Shown: positions 13,763 through 28,380, counted from the stretch's first letter. The stretch: DNA of 64,000 bases from Octopus sinensis (GCF_006345805.1 NC_042999.1:60636001-60700000), one strand, 5' to 3'. The notes: a model not told the origin generated them from the letters alone. Numbers and translations are program-made.

Positions 13763-14194
13763 TACACCCCCACTCACTCCGACCCCACACACACATATGT
13801 GTGTGTGTGTGTGTAGTGGTTGTCTACTTTTATGCAGAGACTAACCACCACATGTACTTAATCCTTATATCCCTCATAGCGTCTGATGTGGCCTTTTAAA
13901 CCAAACAATGCATTGAAAAGAAACCCGCCATCAATTGCATATCTGATTTGGACCACCAAGAGCTGCAGTTAACTTCTGATCATTGTGGATCTTAAAATGT
14001 TAGATTTGCAGACCTTGTGGCATACACGGCAATGAAAAGTTTTCACAGATATACAGAATCCATTCCAAGTGATTCATCTCATCATAGTCCCTATGCCGTC
14101 TTTTTACACCGATTGCCTTTCCCCATATGCAAGGTCCTGTAGTTTCTTTTACTCCAAGCCATGAACATATCAGCAATATGTATATATATATACG

Positions 14195-14585
14195 TTCTTT
14201 TATCCTTTTATTTGATTCAGTCATTTGCCTGCTCACATGCTGGAGCACCGCCTTTAGTCGAGCAGATCGACCCCAGGTCTTATTCTTTGTAAGCCTAGTA
14301 CTCATTCTATCGGTGTCTTTTCCAGCATCGGTTATCAAGCGATGTTGTGGGGGACAAGCAGAGGCACACAAACACACGGACAGACAGACACACGCACACA
14401 CACACACACACACACATACACACACATATACACGACGTGCATCTTTCAGTTTCCGTCTACTAAAATCACTCAGAAGGCCTTGGTCGACCCGAGGCTATGG
14501 CAGAATGTGTCAGACAGTGAAACTGAACCCGGAACCATGTGGTTGGTAAGCAAGCAACTAACCACACAGCCCCTCCTGCGCCTAT
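14195..14585 (-). mobile_element. SINE family B
   Basis: Aligns with 13081-13489. Confidence 0.85.
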
Positions 14586-14923
14586 ACATATATATGAGAA
14601 GGTAGTGAATATTCCTGAGTAGTACTCCTAATTTTTACCTTACTGGTCATTTAAAGGTTGCAAAAACCTTTGTAAATACTTCGAAATATGACGAAGTTAC
14701 CAAAACATCTTGCAAAGCAATTTCCGCACCTACATAATTTCAACTCATGCATTTCCGCAGCTCTTGTGATATATATATTATCATATATATATATATATTA
14801 TATATATATATATAAATACATATTTTTTTCTTAATAGAATTGAAGGATAAAATCACGTTAATGATTATATCAGGTAGCCAGCATGCAATAAAATCTTACA
14901 GGTAATTTGTATTTTAAACCAAC

Positions 14924-15016
<93 letters not shown>

Positions 15017-15021
<5 letters not shown>

Positions 15022-15150
15022 CGGGCTCTCTTCAGTTTCTATCTACAAAGTCCACTCACGAACCTTAGGCCTGCCGAGACTAAAAAGAAGATACTTACCC
15101 AAGCTGCTATGCCGTGGACCTCAACCTAGAACCTTAGAACCATGAAGTTG
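15017..15150 (-). mobile_element. SINE family B head half, degenerate
   Basis: tacgacgggctctcttcagtttctatctacaaagtccactcac matches family B. Confidence 0.6.
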
Positions 15151-16084
15151 TGAAGCATATTTTTTGTTACCGGTAACCCATGATTGCGCGAATAATATTT
15201 TTATTTATTCAGTTTCATCTGCACAGAAGCCATGAAAACTTGTAGCTGTTGTTATCACTGCTTAAGTTTCGAACTCACTATATACCCACAAGAAATGAAG
15301 AACTGAATGCATCCCGCCAACATATGACAAAATTTCAGTATGGCGCATACTTTTATGGCGAATATAATATTTTCTGCAAATGCTGTTTGCAAATTTATCA
15401 GGAAATATTGTGCGGAAGAATCTGCAAGAAGTCACAAATTCTGATCTTTTATTGAAAATTGCAAACAAGCGTAATGGCATGTGTTCTCGATATATGGACC
15501 CATTTCCTGTTCGGCAGGGTAGAGTGAATGGTACTTTGTTACTTTTGAAATATTTGTCGTGTTGTATTTTTTACTCTAAGCGAATTTCTCCCAGCAGTCT
15601 GTGAGTGTTTGGGGTTTATGTACAACGTTGCTTTTCTTAGTGTAATTTTAATATTGCATTTTGCTCTTCGTCGATTTCCAATACATTTATGCGTATATGT
15701 GTGCATATGCATGTATGTGTGTGTATGTGTGTATATATATATATATATTCATGTTTGTGTGCGTGTATGTGAAGCACGGGTGAATAGTTCATAATATCGT
15801 TATGCAAACATGAGGAAATGAATTTGTTCCCACAATACAGCACTTTGGATACTTGTCTAGAATTGCACCTTAGGTTCAAACCAAGTTTTGCGAGAGAAAT
15901 TGGAAAGATATAAAGTCTTAGACAAAGTGTAAAAGGGATGCGAAGACGTAGGAATGTCATATTCTGGGTCACGCTGATTCTGCTTGTTGGGATTCTCGGT
16001 ATCGGAAACAGTGAGAAATTAAATTCCTTTTTATATTTGCTTCTTTATGTAATTATACACACACACACACACACACACATATGT

Positions 16085-16100
16085 ATATATATATATATAT

Positions 16101-16172
<72 letters not shown>

Positions 16173-16350
16173 GTAGGTAGATAGATAGATATATACATAC
16201 ATATATATATATATACATATATACATATATATATATAAAAATATATATGCATATACATACATACATACACATATATATATATATATATATGCATATATAC
16301 ATTTATACACACATACGCACATATATATATATATATATATAATATATATA
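16085..16350. repeat. Compound (TA)n/(TAGA)n microsatellite
   Basis: Direct reading. Confidence 0.95.
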
Positions 16351-16355
16351 TATAT

Positions 16356-16563
16356 ATGAAACATTTCTAGCTTTACGGCCATCCCGAAAGGCTTGGATGG
16401 AGACCCAACCTCTCGAGTTGCTTTACAGGGCTTAGCAAAACTGAAGGACCGCTGCAATAAGTATGTGAATCTGAGAAGGGAATATGTTCAATAAAATCAT
16501 AATTAGCTGATTCTCCTGTATTTACTTTTTCCCAAAGCCAGAGACTTTCACCAGCCCCTCGTA
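16356..16563 (+). pseudogene. Mariner transposase C-terminal relic plus right TIR
   Basis: [23 protein letters not shown] resembles the mariner C-terminus (G..KL..RW.KC....G.Y.E); ends ...ccagcccctcgTA. Confidence 0.7.
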
Positions 16564-18015
16564 TATAAGTCTATTTGCATATTTTACGAAGAACATTTTA
16601 TATATTTTTACCTGAATATAAAAAGAGGTTTCATATATAATATTTCAAGGGTTGAATAGAAACGTCTGACGGAAACATAACGGAAAATTCATTAAAAAAA
16701 CAAATAGGAAAATCGACAAAAGTATGATATACGAAAAGTTCCCAACTGATACCTCATCAGTCAATGTTCAAAAACATCCTAGTAGTCTCGTGCTTTTAAC
16801 ATTGATACTACTCCGATTTTAGTAGCGCCAGGCCAAGAAGCATCTAGGAATAGCTAACGAATGTATACAAGAACAAATGCAACAAGACGGGTGAAAAATA
16901 TAAAACAATTGTACGTATACAACAAAAAATAATAAAGTAATAATACAAATACAACAGAAAAATATTACATATACAAGAGAAAAGGGCCTTTCGACTATGC
17001 TACAGTTAAAGAATAATTATACATATACACCATATATGACAGAACAACGCCTTCGTATGTAATACCAGACTGGAGCTCAATCACTATTATAGATTTATAT
17101 AGTTTAATTGTCTTATAACGTAACATATACATAGAAAATACAAAATGAGCACGTTTCACCAATTCTAAGTCTTTGTGTTTACTTGGAACTTTTAAGAAAT
17201 AGTAGAGTAACCTCTCCAAATGCATCATTTGCCCAACTCTAAAGCACCTGATGTAAAATAACATCTTCTAAATTTGCCACATCTGATCAGGAAACCAATA
17301 ACGCAGCCTCCGTGGAGCCGGTGACTAGTTTAAGAGTAGCAATCAATATCTTCCATAGGACACATCTTAGACTATTAAAGGAAATAATTTTAAATTTCGA
17401 TTGGATAATACAATCCTAGACGAACACTACCTGAGAACATTTAAGGATAAGTAGTTTTTCATTACAGGCCCCTTAATTAGAGTTTACCTGCGTGTAAGAA
17501 AAAAATGATAATTAATAAATAAATAGCTGCAAATGTTGCAATATCACAGGTCCACTCGGTCAGAGCTTACTTGCAAAGTGACCAGAAGACAAATAATATG
17601 AACGCTTGCTCTAGGTTACTTAGTCGGCTTAATCATCACAGGCCTAATGTTAAAGATTGATAACATGTGACAGATTATACTTCTGCTCAATAAGAGCTGT
17701 CTTCTAAACAACATCGATAACAGCTGAGACAGCTGCTGCTGTAGCAACTAGACATATTGTCGATACAAAAGAAGCTGTCCTGGGGCCAAACCACAACACC
17801 TGCATCCAGATCATAGTTTTGTTTAATCAAAGCTGAACTAGTGATAACTAGCGGCGACAGCAACACCAACATGGTAAGCAGCAGCAGTGTCTAGGCTTTC
17901 ACAAATTTAGCTGACATAAGGCTAGACAATCAAAATATAAGCAGCAAAATGAACAGGTCGTAGGTACCGTTATCCACAGATAAACAAGAGTAAGGTAGTA
18001 ACAACAGCAGCAGTG

Positions 18016-18376
18016 GTGGACGCGCAATGGCCCAGAGGTTAGGGCAGCGGACTCGCGGTTTCGATTCCCAGACCGGGCGTTGTGTGTGTTTATTGAGCGA
18101 AAACACCTAACGCTCCACGAGGCTCCGGCAGGGGGTGGTGTCGACCCCTGTTGTACTCTTTCGCTCCAACTTTATCTCACTCTTTCTTCCTGTTTCTTGT
18201 CCCCGACTTCCTACGCAACCGCTGAGCCTGGATGCGCATTCATCCGTCAGTCGATGCTCTCGGTGTCGGGGGTTGATCTGCTTTCTCTTCTGCGGGTCTT
18301 ACGAATAGCACAGGACCACGTATCGGACTTATCTCACCGGGACGAAGACCGCTTCGCTCAACAAACAAACAAACAA
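18016..18376 (+). mobile_element. tRNA-derived SINE family D, tail variant 1
   Basis: Head ggacgcgcaatggcccagaggttagg...ggtttcgattccc; (CAAA)n tail; head and centre shared with 56578-56890. Confidence 0.8.
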
Positions 18377-19100
18377 ATCAGCAGCAGCAGCGGTGACAAC
18401 GATGGCAACAACAACATCTACCGCGATGGCAATGCCGTGGACGATCAAACATTGACCGAGGAATACAGTACAATATTTGTTTTCTCGGGGCTAAGGACAG
18501 CAGCAGCACAACGGGGTGACAGGATGTGGCTGAGGGTAAGGCCACACTGCTGCTAAAAACTGACATACACATGCAAGCATGCACACACACAAGCATATAC
18601 AGATACATACGCACACACACGGATACACACAAGCAAGAACACAAACGCATGCGCACTTAAGGATACGTATCTTAGAAGAACAGAATGGAGTAAGTGGAGC
18701 ATGAACACACACGAAAACGAAAAGTGTCGCTGAAGCGGTCACAGATGTGTGACGAAAGATTCCCGGACAATGGACATGAGTTAATAAAATAAGAACAGTA
18801 ATGAACGTGTGAAGAAAAGAAATATAGTGCGTGTGTTTATTTGGCAAAACCCAAAACACAAAAATGACCATCCCGAAATACAACACTATTTAGTTAAATC
18901 ATTGGCCGCTAGAATGAACTTGGGAGTAACGGAGGCGAGAAACCATACGTTTACTTACTGTATTAAATATGATATATTTGAATGTTTTCTTTATCTTTGT
19001 TTATATTCAAAGAGATATCTGCACACATATATGTATACATGAATGTATGTGTGTCTATGTATGCATGTATATGTACACACACACACACACACACACACAC

Positions 19101-19131
<31 letters not shown>

Positions 19132-19156
19132 GCATGCATGTATGTATGTATGTATG

Positions 19157-19207
<51 letters not shown>

Positions 19208-19254
19208 TATATTATATATATATATTCATATATATATTATATATATATATATAT

Positions 19255-19298
<44 letters not shown>

Positions 19299-20394
19299 AT
19301 ATATATATTATATATATTCATATATATGTACACACATTCACATACACACAGATATATGCGTATATGTGTGTCACTATTGTGTTTTCATACACGCACACAC
19401 ACATAAATATGTCTGACATGTGTGCTTATGTGGAAGTGTATATATATATATATTAATATATATATATATATATATATATAGATATATATATATTTGTACG
19501 TATATAGATTCTAGGAGCAGGAAACTGAGACGTCATATGTTATGAACGCATACACCTTACACATACATACAGGCAATTATGCTGACAACATTGTATTTTA
19601 TAAGTATCACGGTAAGTCGTGTCTTCGTGTAAGCACATTGACAATTATCTACCCATAGGGAGGTTTCATGAATTTGATTGATAGATTTTATTTCCTAATG
19701 AACAACAGGAAGAAAAAATGACAGAACTGTCTCCACTTATTTACTGTTATTTGTGATCAGTTTCGTTACCGATGTCACTTGAAACGGATATATGTCGTCA
19801 GGCAAAATTATTTATTCTTTTTCTCTGTTATTTTTTTCAATATTTAGTGAAGACTATATTGGAATCGGTTGTTTCCCTGATTAGGTGCACAGAAATAATC
19901 GACATTAATATTCTTGTCATTAATGCATTACGAAACTTTTCTTTCAGAAGTTTCTTAACTTTCTAATCAGACATAAAAATAAATATATGTTATTGAAAAG
20001 ACATATTTACGAATGTTTTTAGTTCAAATAATATTTACTCACAGTGATTTATGTATAGTTATTTATATGTATATCAATATGCCATTATAAGGGATGTAAT
20101 ATGATGTACAAGATAATGCGCAATATAGTGTCAGTATATATCCGTGATATATACTGACATTCAGATTATTTGTATTGTATACACGATACTTACGTAAGCA
20201 TGTATGTATGAACGCATGAACTATATATATATATATATACACATGTATGTATGTATGTATGTATGTATGTATATATATATATATATATAATATATATATA
20301 TAATATATATATATATATTATATATATATATATATATTATATATATATACATGTATGTATGTATGTGTATATATATATATATATGTATATATAT

Positions 20395-20466
20395 CCGCGT
20401 GCTTTAGGCGATGGACTGCTTATCCATTCGGGTCTCCCCGCGTGAGTTCGAACCTCATACTTGTCG
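20395..20466 (+). pseudogene. tRNA-Ser(GCU)-like pseudogene, 5' acceptor strand lost
   Basis: ccgcgtgctttaggcgatggactgcttatccatt-cgggtctccccg-cgtgagttcgaacctcatacttgtcg: anticodon arm ATGGA-CTGCTTA-TCCAT, long variable arm, T-loop GTTCGAA. Confidence 0.75.
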
Positions 20467-20476
20467 ATTACATTTT

Positions 20477-20645
20477 ATAGGCATAAGAGTGGCTGTGTGA
20501 TAAGTAGCTTGCTTACGAACCCCATGGTTCCAGGTTCAGTAGTCCCACTGCGTGGCACCTTGGGTGAATGTCTTCTACTATAGCTGCGGGACGACCAAAT
20601 CCTTGTGATTGGATTTGGTAGACGGAAACTGAAAGAAGCCCGTCG
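20477..20645 (+). mobile_element. SINE family B head half (duplicated copy)
   Basis: Essentially identical to 21996-22165. Confidence 0.85.
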
Positions 20646-20660
20646 TATATATGTATATAT

Positions 20661-20849
<189 letters not shown>

Positions 20850-21797
20850 TCATATATATGTACACACATTCACATACACACATATATATGCGTATATGTG
20901 TGTCACTATTGTGTTTTCATACACGCACACACACACAATATGTCTGACATGTGTGCTTATGTGGAAGTGTATATATATATAATATATATATATATATATT
21001 ATATATATATTATATATATATTTGTACGTATATAGATTCTAGGAGCAGGAAACTGAGACGTCATATGTTATGAACGCATACACCTTACACATACATACAG
21101 GCAATTATGCTGACAACATTGTATTTTATAAGTATCACGGTAAGTCGTGTCTTCGTGTAAGCACATTGACAATTATCTACCCATAGGGAGGTTTCATGAA
21201 TTTGATAGATTTTATTTCCTAATGAACAACAGGAAGAAAAAATGACAGAACTGTCTCCACTTATTTACTGTTATTTGTGATCAGTTTCGTTACCGATGTC
21301 ACTTGAAACGGATATATGTCGTCAGGCAAAATTATTTATTCTTTTTCTCTGTTATTTTTTTCAATATTTAGTGAAGACTATATTGGAATCGGTTGTTTCC
21401 CTGATTAGGTGCACAGAAATAATCGACATTAATATTCTTGTCATTAATGCATTACGAAACTTTTCTTTCAGAAGTTTCTTAACTTTCTAATCAGACATAA
21501 AAATAAATATATGTTATTGAAAAGACATATTTACGAATGTTTTTAGTTCAAATAATATTTACTCACAGTGATTTATGTATAGTTATTTATATGTATATCA
21601 ATATGCCATTATAAGGGATGTAATATGATGTACAAGATAATGCGCAATATAGTGTCAGTATATATCCGTGATATATACTGACATTCAGATTATTTGTATT
21701 GTATACACGATACTTACGTAAGCATGTATGTATGAACGCATGAACTATATATATATATATATACACATGTATGTATGTATGTATGTATGTATATATA

Positions 21798-21855
<58 letters not shown>

Positions 21856-21912
21856 TATATATATATACATGTATGTATGTATGTGTATATATATATATAT
21901 ATGTATATATAT

Positions 21913-21984
21913 CCGCGTGCTTTAGGCGATGGACTGCTTATCCATTCGGGTCTCCCCGCGTGAGTTCGAACCTCATACTTGTCG
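21913..21984 (+). pseudogene. tRNA-Ser(GCU)-like pseudogene, second copy in the duplication
   Basis: Identical to 20395-20466. Confidence 0.75.
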
Positions 21985-21995
21985 ATTACATTTTA

Positions 21996-22165
21996 TAGGC
22001 ATAAGAGTGGCTGTGTGATAAGTAGCTTGCTTACGAACCCCATGGTTCCAGGTTCAGTAGTCCCACTGCGTGGCACCTTGGGTGAATGTCTTCTACTATA
22101 GCTGCGGGACGACCAAATCCTTGTGATTGGATTTGGTAGACGGAAACTGAAAGAAGCCCGTCGTA

Positions 22166-22207
<42 letters not shown>

Positions 22208-22450
22208 ATATATACATGTATGTATGTATGTGTGTGTGTATGTTTGTGTGTCTGTGCTTGTCCCTCCAACATCGCTTGACAACCGATGCTGGTGTGATTA
22301 CATCCCCATAACTTAGCGGTTCGGGAAAAGAGACCGATAGAATAAGTACTAGGCTTACAACGAATAAGTCCTGGATTCGATTTGCTCGACTACAGGCGGT
22401 GCTCCAGCATGGCCTCAGTCATATAACTGAAACAAGGGGAAGAGTAAAAG
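21996..22450 (+). mobile_element. SINE family B, full length
   Basis: Head, (TA/TG)n spacer and tail ...ctccagcatggcctcagtc...actgaaacaag. Confidence 0.9.
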
Positions 22451-22451
22451 A

Positions 22452-22485
<34 letters not shown>

Positions 22486-22506
22486 GTATATATATATATA
22501 TATAGT

Positions 22507-22845
22507 GAAGGCGCGTGGCTCAGTGGTTAGAGCGTCGAGCTTACGATCGTGAGGTTGTGAGCTCGAATCCCGGACCGGGCTGCGTGTTGTGTTCTTGAGC
22601 AAGACACTTTATTTCACGTTGCTCCAGTTCACTCAGCTGTAGAAATGAGTTGCGACGTCACAGGTGCCAAGCTGTATCGGCCCTTGCCTTTCTCTTGGAC
22701 AACATCGGTGACGTGGAGAGAGGAGACTGGTATGCATGGGCGACTGCTGGTCTTCCATAAAACAACCTTGCCCAGACTTGTGCCTCTGAGGGTAACTCTC
22801 TAGGTGCAAACCCATGGTCAGTGTCTGACCGAAGGGGGTCATCAT
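22507..22845 (+). mobile_element. tRNA-derived SINE family C
   Basis: A box TGGCTCAGTGG, B box GCTCGAATCC, central ttgagcaagacactttatttcacgttgctccag; homologous to 46745-47075. Confidence 0.9.
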
Positions 22846-23659
22846 CATCATACACATATATATTGTTGTACATATTAACTATATGCCAAAATATATATTA
22901 TTTATTTTATTTACATTGCACACTAGACATCACTGTATATATTCGGTACACACGTTCATACACACACGCACATACACTCACACATACACGCATCTATATA
23001 CCCAAATGGACTAAAACACATGGACAAAGTTATAAAATGTGTGTGTGTGTGTGTGTGTGTGTAGCTGTCTCTTTGTATGTGTAATTTATGTACATACATA
23101 CATATAAAATATTTTGAAGTTCTTTAACAAATATATCAACTACATTGGCAACATTATACCAACATATATTAATGAGGTCTTTCTTGGTGTTATCGTCATC
23201 TGTATCTGTGATATAAATTGCATATAGCATGTTTCTTCTCTTTTTTTCCTGCAGTATCTCGAATTTTTCCTGTTGACTAGTCTATACTGACTTCAATACT
23301 CAGTTGATGCGCATTGTTTAATAAACATATACGAATGAAAATGTGTAAATGGAATATGCGTGTTAGCAAATACACATACATGTACAAATACATAAATAAC
23401 TAGATATATAAAATATACAAAGAAGCACATATACGTGTGTGTATTTGTTAGGAACAGCATTCTTTGAAACACAAGAGTGGTGACAAAGGATTTAAATCTT
23501 GATAAAGCATCTTTCGCAGCTGCATTTACCAGTTTCGACAGTTCACGTATTTCGGTATCATTGGAAAGTGTTCTTGATATAGAAGATTCGTTTATTCCAA
23601 GGAAAACTCTCGTTCATGATACTGCCCAAAAGTCATGCAAATATAACTATTCAATACCT

Positions 23660-23890
23660 ATTTCTTTATTTACCCACAAGGGGCCTAAACACAGAGGGGA
23701 AAAACAAGGACAGACAAACGGATTAAGTCTATTACATCGACCACAGTGCGCAACTGGTACTTAATTTATCGACCCCGAAAGTATGAAAAGCAAAGTGGAC
23801 CTCGGCGGAATTTGAACTCAGAACGTAACGGCAGACGAAATACGGCTACGCATTTCGCCCGGCGTGCTAACGATTCTGCCAGCTCGCCAC
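23660..23890 (-). mobile_element. SINE family A
   Basis: Full copy on the minus strand, tail ...cttgtgggtaaataaagaaata. Confidence 0.9.
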
Positions 23891-24130
23891 CTTTAACTCT
23901 TCAATACAGAATGCCTATATATATATTTAAAATGAATAGGTTATTATCTAAATTACAGTTGTATGTCCAAGTTGCCTACGTTTGATAGATTCAATTAGCG
24001 ATTTTAAAAAATAAATTATCATCGGAATCTTCAATGAGTTTGCTAAATTATATTCTCTTCAGAAGTCTAACCAGGTGCCAAGTCTTGGAATATCTTAGAA
24101 TATTGCTTACTGCAACGGCTTTTAATATTA

Positions 24131-24325
24131 GCCATACTCTTTAGCACGCATGGTAAAATGCCTAGAAGCATTTCGTTCATCCTTACTTTTAAATTCCGCC
24201 GAGGTCGACTTTCCCTTTCATAATCTCGGGGTCGATGAAATAAGTACCAGTTACGCACTGGGGTTGATGCAATTGGCTACTCCTCTCCCCCAAAATTTCA
24301 GGCCTTGTGCCTATAGTAGAAAGCT
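24131..24325 (+). mobile_element. SINE family A
   Basis: ttagcacgc...aattccgccgaggtcgactttcc...gtaccagttacgcactgggg. Confidence 0.85.
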
Positions 24326-24340
24326 TTATTACCCATATTC

Positions 24341-24535
24341 AAGGTAGCGAGTTGGCAGAATCGTGAGCACGCCGGGCATGATGCTTAGCTGATTTCGTCC
24401 GTCATTACATTCAAATTCCGTCGAGGAAAACTTTGCCTTTCATCCTTTCGGGGTCGATAAAATAAGTACCAGTTGAACACTGGGGTCGACGTGTTCAAAA
24501 TTCCTGGCTTCGTACCCACATTTGAAATCATTATT
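24341..24535 (+). mobile_element. SINE family A
   Basis: aaggtagcgagttggcagaatcg head. Confidence 0.85.
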
Positions 24536-24726
24536 ACTCATATTCAACATGGTAGTTGTATTAATACTATAGTGCGTACACACATCAGAGTTAGTTCCGT
24601 CATTCTGAAATTTGGCTCTATCTATAATATCAGAATCGTTAGCAGCACGTATACTATTACGTAGGTGTACCACCATGATAGTATGCTAGTTCTGTCATCA
24701 CAGCGATTCAAATATTCGAGAAAATA

Positions 24727-25135
24727 TGTTTCTTTATTACCCACAAGAGGCTAAACATAGAGGGGACAAACAAGGACAGACAAACGAATTAAGTCGATTA
24801 CATCGACCCCAGTGCGTAACTGGTACTTATTTAATCTTCCCCGAAAGGATGAAAGGCAAAGTCGACCTCGGCGTAATTTGAACTCAGAACGTAACGGCAG
24901 ACGAGATACCTATTTCTTTACTACCCACAAGGGGCTAAGAAAAAGGGACAAACAAGGACAGACAAACGGATTAAGTCGATTACATCGACCCCAGTGCGTA
25001 ACTGGTACTTAATTTATCGTCCCCGAAAGGATGAAAGGCAAAGTCGACCTCGGCCGAATTTGAACTCAGAACGTACGGCAGACGAAATACGTCTACTCAT
25101 TTCACCCGGCGCGCTAACGGTTCTGCCAGCTCGTC
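24727..25135 (-). mobile_element. Two tandem SINE family A copies (24727-24910 truncated; 24911-25135 full)
   Basis: The same ~180-bp block is repeated directly. Confidence 0.9.
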
Positions 25136-25442
25136 GAGAAAATAGGTAATTCTGCTAAGGCTTCATTGTAAGATTCAGCGTTTTGGTTGGACATTTCTTC
25201 ATTCGTTGAAAACATGGATATGGATGTTTTCGTGGTTTAAATGCTATGCATTGTTGGCCTAATACTATTGCGAGGATGACCTGAGGAATAATATGCATAC
25301 AATACATGAAGATCATATTACTGGTGAAACCATATCAAATAGCATGACTACTTATAAAAACGTTCATATTAGCTAGAATAATATAGATAGGCTTCAATGC
25401 ATCACACCTTTGGATGCTCTCAGTTATGTACACGAAGGTACA

Positions 25443-25641
25443 GTACTACTACTACTACTACTACTACCACCATCACCACTACTACTACTACAACCACTAC
25501 TACTACTACAACCACTACTATAACTACTATTACTACTACTTCTACTACTACGACTACGACTATTACTATCACTACTACTTCTTCTACTACCACAACTACT
25601 ACTACTACTACCACCACCACTATCAACAACAACAACAACAA

Positions 25642-25676
<35 letters not shown>
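25443..25676. repeat. (TAC)n/(CAC)n/(CAA)n compound trinucleotide repeat
   Basis: Direct reading. Confidence 0.95.
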
Positions 25677-25677
<1 letters not shown>

Positions 25678-25813
25678 ATTCCAACGGTTGAGTTTTGCGT
25701 CTTTGTTAGATAACATCTGCTTCCGCAGGGACAAAGGCGTGCAAAACCATGTATACAATAGGTGTATGTACGTATATGTTTGTGTGTGTGCGTGCGTGTG
25801 TGGGTGTGTGTGT

Positions 25814-25846
<33 letters not shown>

Positions 25847-25862
25847 AGTGTGTGTGTTGCCC

Positions 25863-26213
25863 ATATATATAAACTTAGTTGTGATCTGAACATAACCGCT
25901 TCTCACACAGACGATCGTAAGCCCTTTTGGGCGTTCTATTTTCCTCGCTGGAAGGGTTCTCAACCCATGGGCAAAGTGGGGTTACATGAAAAAAAAAAAA
26001 AAAGACAATCGATGAGCGAAAAAAATCGAGAATCCGATTCATTATGGGATTTCCCAATAAAGTTGTCAGCAAAATTGCAGCCGAAAGTTTACCAATTTCA
26101 ACGGATTTCACTCAAATTTGACGTCGATGTTACTTAGTTTGCTTTGAAATAAAGAGCTTGATTAGCTTAATAATCCTAACTTAATCCCGAGTAAAGCCGG
26201 GCTATACTGCTAG
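25863..26213 (+). mobile_element. Non-autonomous Helitron-like element (3' end clear, 5' end approximate)
   Basis: Ends cccgagtaaagccggg-ctatactg-CTAG|T, the same terminal signature as 44021-44407. Confidence 0.6.
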
Positions 26214-26547
26214 TATCTTATATTTTATCATATAAAATGTGGCCATTCTTTGATAAAATGAGAAGGCTGCAGGAGTGTTGGTGTGAGGGAAACGTGGTAC
26301 CATTGTGGGTGTGGCTGATATCAAGAAAGGGGAGAACAGAGTCGTGTAAGCGACAAATATAGAGTGGTAGTGGGGTTATAACGTTAATACAGCTGTCATT
26401 CAGGGATACACACGCGGACGCTTTAAATTTGTCTTTCTCACTCTCTTTTATTGCTCTCTTTGTCTCTTGCTCTCTCTCCATCTCTCGCTCTCTGTTTTCC
26501 TCTATTGCTGTCTCTGTCTATCACACACTCACTCTCTCTCTCTCTTT

Positions 26548-26587
<40 letters not shown>

Positions 26588-28380
26588 CCCCCATATTCAC
26601 AATCAAAATCTATAGACAGGTATCTAACAAAGTTTAAACCGAAATTAGCCGGAAATAACCGAAGTATTCCTTTTTCCCCATTTTCGACCAGACGATAATG
26701 AAGTTATCGTCTGCTAAATACTTGGAGTCAGATCACGAAGATGACGTTTCAAGACAACACTGAAGGCGAACTACCTTATCAATTTCTTTTTTATTATTTA
26801 CAAAATTACAATCAGTTATTTATCTATCGCAAAGTTAGAAAGACAGATTTCGAAAGAGGAAATTGCTATCGCGTTGTATTTTATCACATTTGGTGGTGTA
26901 ACCGGACATTACGATTTTGTAAATAGAAAGTTTTTTTTTTCAACATTGCAATTGCTTATCATATTTTTGCCCTGCTTAATTTTAAACTTATGTACAGTAA
27001 CTATTTTAATGTTCCGGAATTTTCTTTCTTAAAACATATGCTTCAAACATAGGAGATCGTGATTCCACGCAAAAATTAAAGCTAGCGTTGAGGGTTGGAT
27101 TTATGATTCAATATTAAAGTTAGTATTGCAGTTTAGATTTTAAGGATAAAATTAGGATTAGGATCTTGAGTTAGGTTTTAAGCTAAGAGCTGAGGGTTAG
27201 AATTTAACGTTTGGGTTAAGATTACAATTTTGAGTTAGGTAAGGGTTACGTTTAAACAGAAATTGAAAAGGGATTCAAAAGATTTGAAATACAGATTTTT
27301 ACAGAATCAAAGTTGGATATGTTTGGAATCTAGCTATCAAATAAAAAATATTCTTAAAAAAATGTAAAATAAAAAGGTCATATATAGACAAGGTGTTAAC
27401 TGTTTAAATATGCTTGATGTATATTCGAGTCCAGAAGATAGCCACACCAGTCAGTCATCAGACTGTGAGATGCATGCATTATCTCGTCTTATCTCTTCTT
27501 CCGGTCTTCAACCACAGAGACCAGAAAGCGAGGTGAACTGATACGAGAGACAAGTCCATCTTGTTATATTCCGTCATCACTCACTGACTTGCTGCACCAT
27601 TCAACTACTCGCTCTATATAAAATACGGAGTGACAGCGCTAAGTAGTAACGTATAAAACTTGCTGAAAATCACAAAACATGGTAACAAAAATTGGTATCA
27701 AAACTTGTTGCCAATCACACTTGCGTCTTTAATGGTATATTTTGCACGTTCTTGTAAAAGTTGTGTTAGATAATCCATGCCTTAATATGATTGGATAGTT
27801 TGTAATAGGCTAACGAATATATGTGCTATACATATTTTATATACGATGAATATCCCGTTTTGGAAGAATTTAATCGTTCATCTACATTTATTAGGAAAGT
27901 CTCATCCAAACATATCTACTTTTTCTTTAATATGTGCATTTCCACATCCGTTCATTTTTGGAGAGTATTTTAAGTTTCTGTTTGAAAATAAAATATTCAT
28001 GAGACAGAAACCGTGTTTGTTTTACCAGCAGGCAGCATTTTTGGTGTGTCAACTCTGTTATTATCTTGGAAGCATTATCTATACAGTGATATTTATAACA
28101 AAGTTCTATATTGTTTATTTGTAAAATAGAGGATATGACGTATTTGCTTGTGCTTCAGTGTATATGAGCTTATCAGTACAGATTTGTTAAAGTCTTTTCT
28201 CCATAAACTGTTGTCTTTGTAATGTATGTCGCATTGTACAGCTTATGTCGTTCTATTATACTGGGATTGGTTTCTTCCTGTATGTATAGTTTCATTTAGC
28301 AGTTAGGGAACTGCTAACAGATTCATGATGGTTTTCCAAACTAATATGGTTTCATTTTTACAGTGCTTGCTAAATATACA

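Noticed and set aside
17690-18560. CAG/CAA-rich stretch with an ATG|GTAAG donor-like site
   Set aside because: Frames close quickly, a SINE interrupts it and there is no good acceptor.
25397-26137. 246-aa Thr-rich ORF resembling a mucin
   Set aside because: Built from (TAC/CAC)n and (TG)n repeats plus a Helitron-like element; open in several frames; no splice signals.
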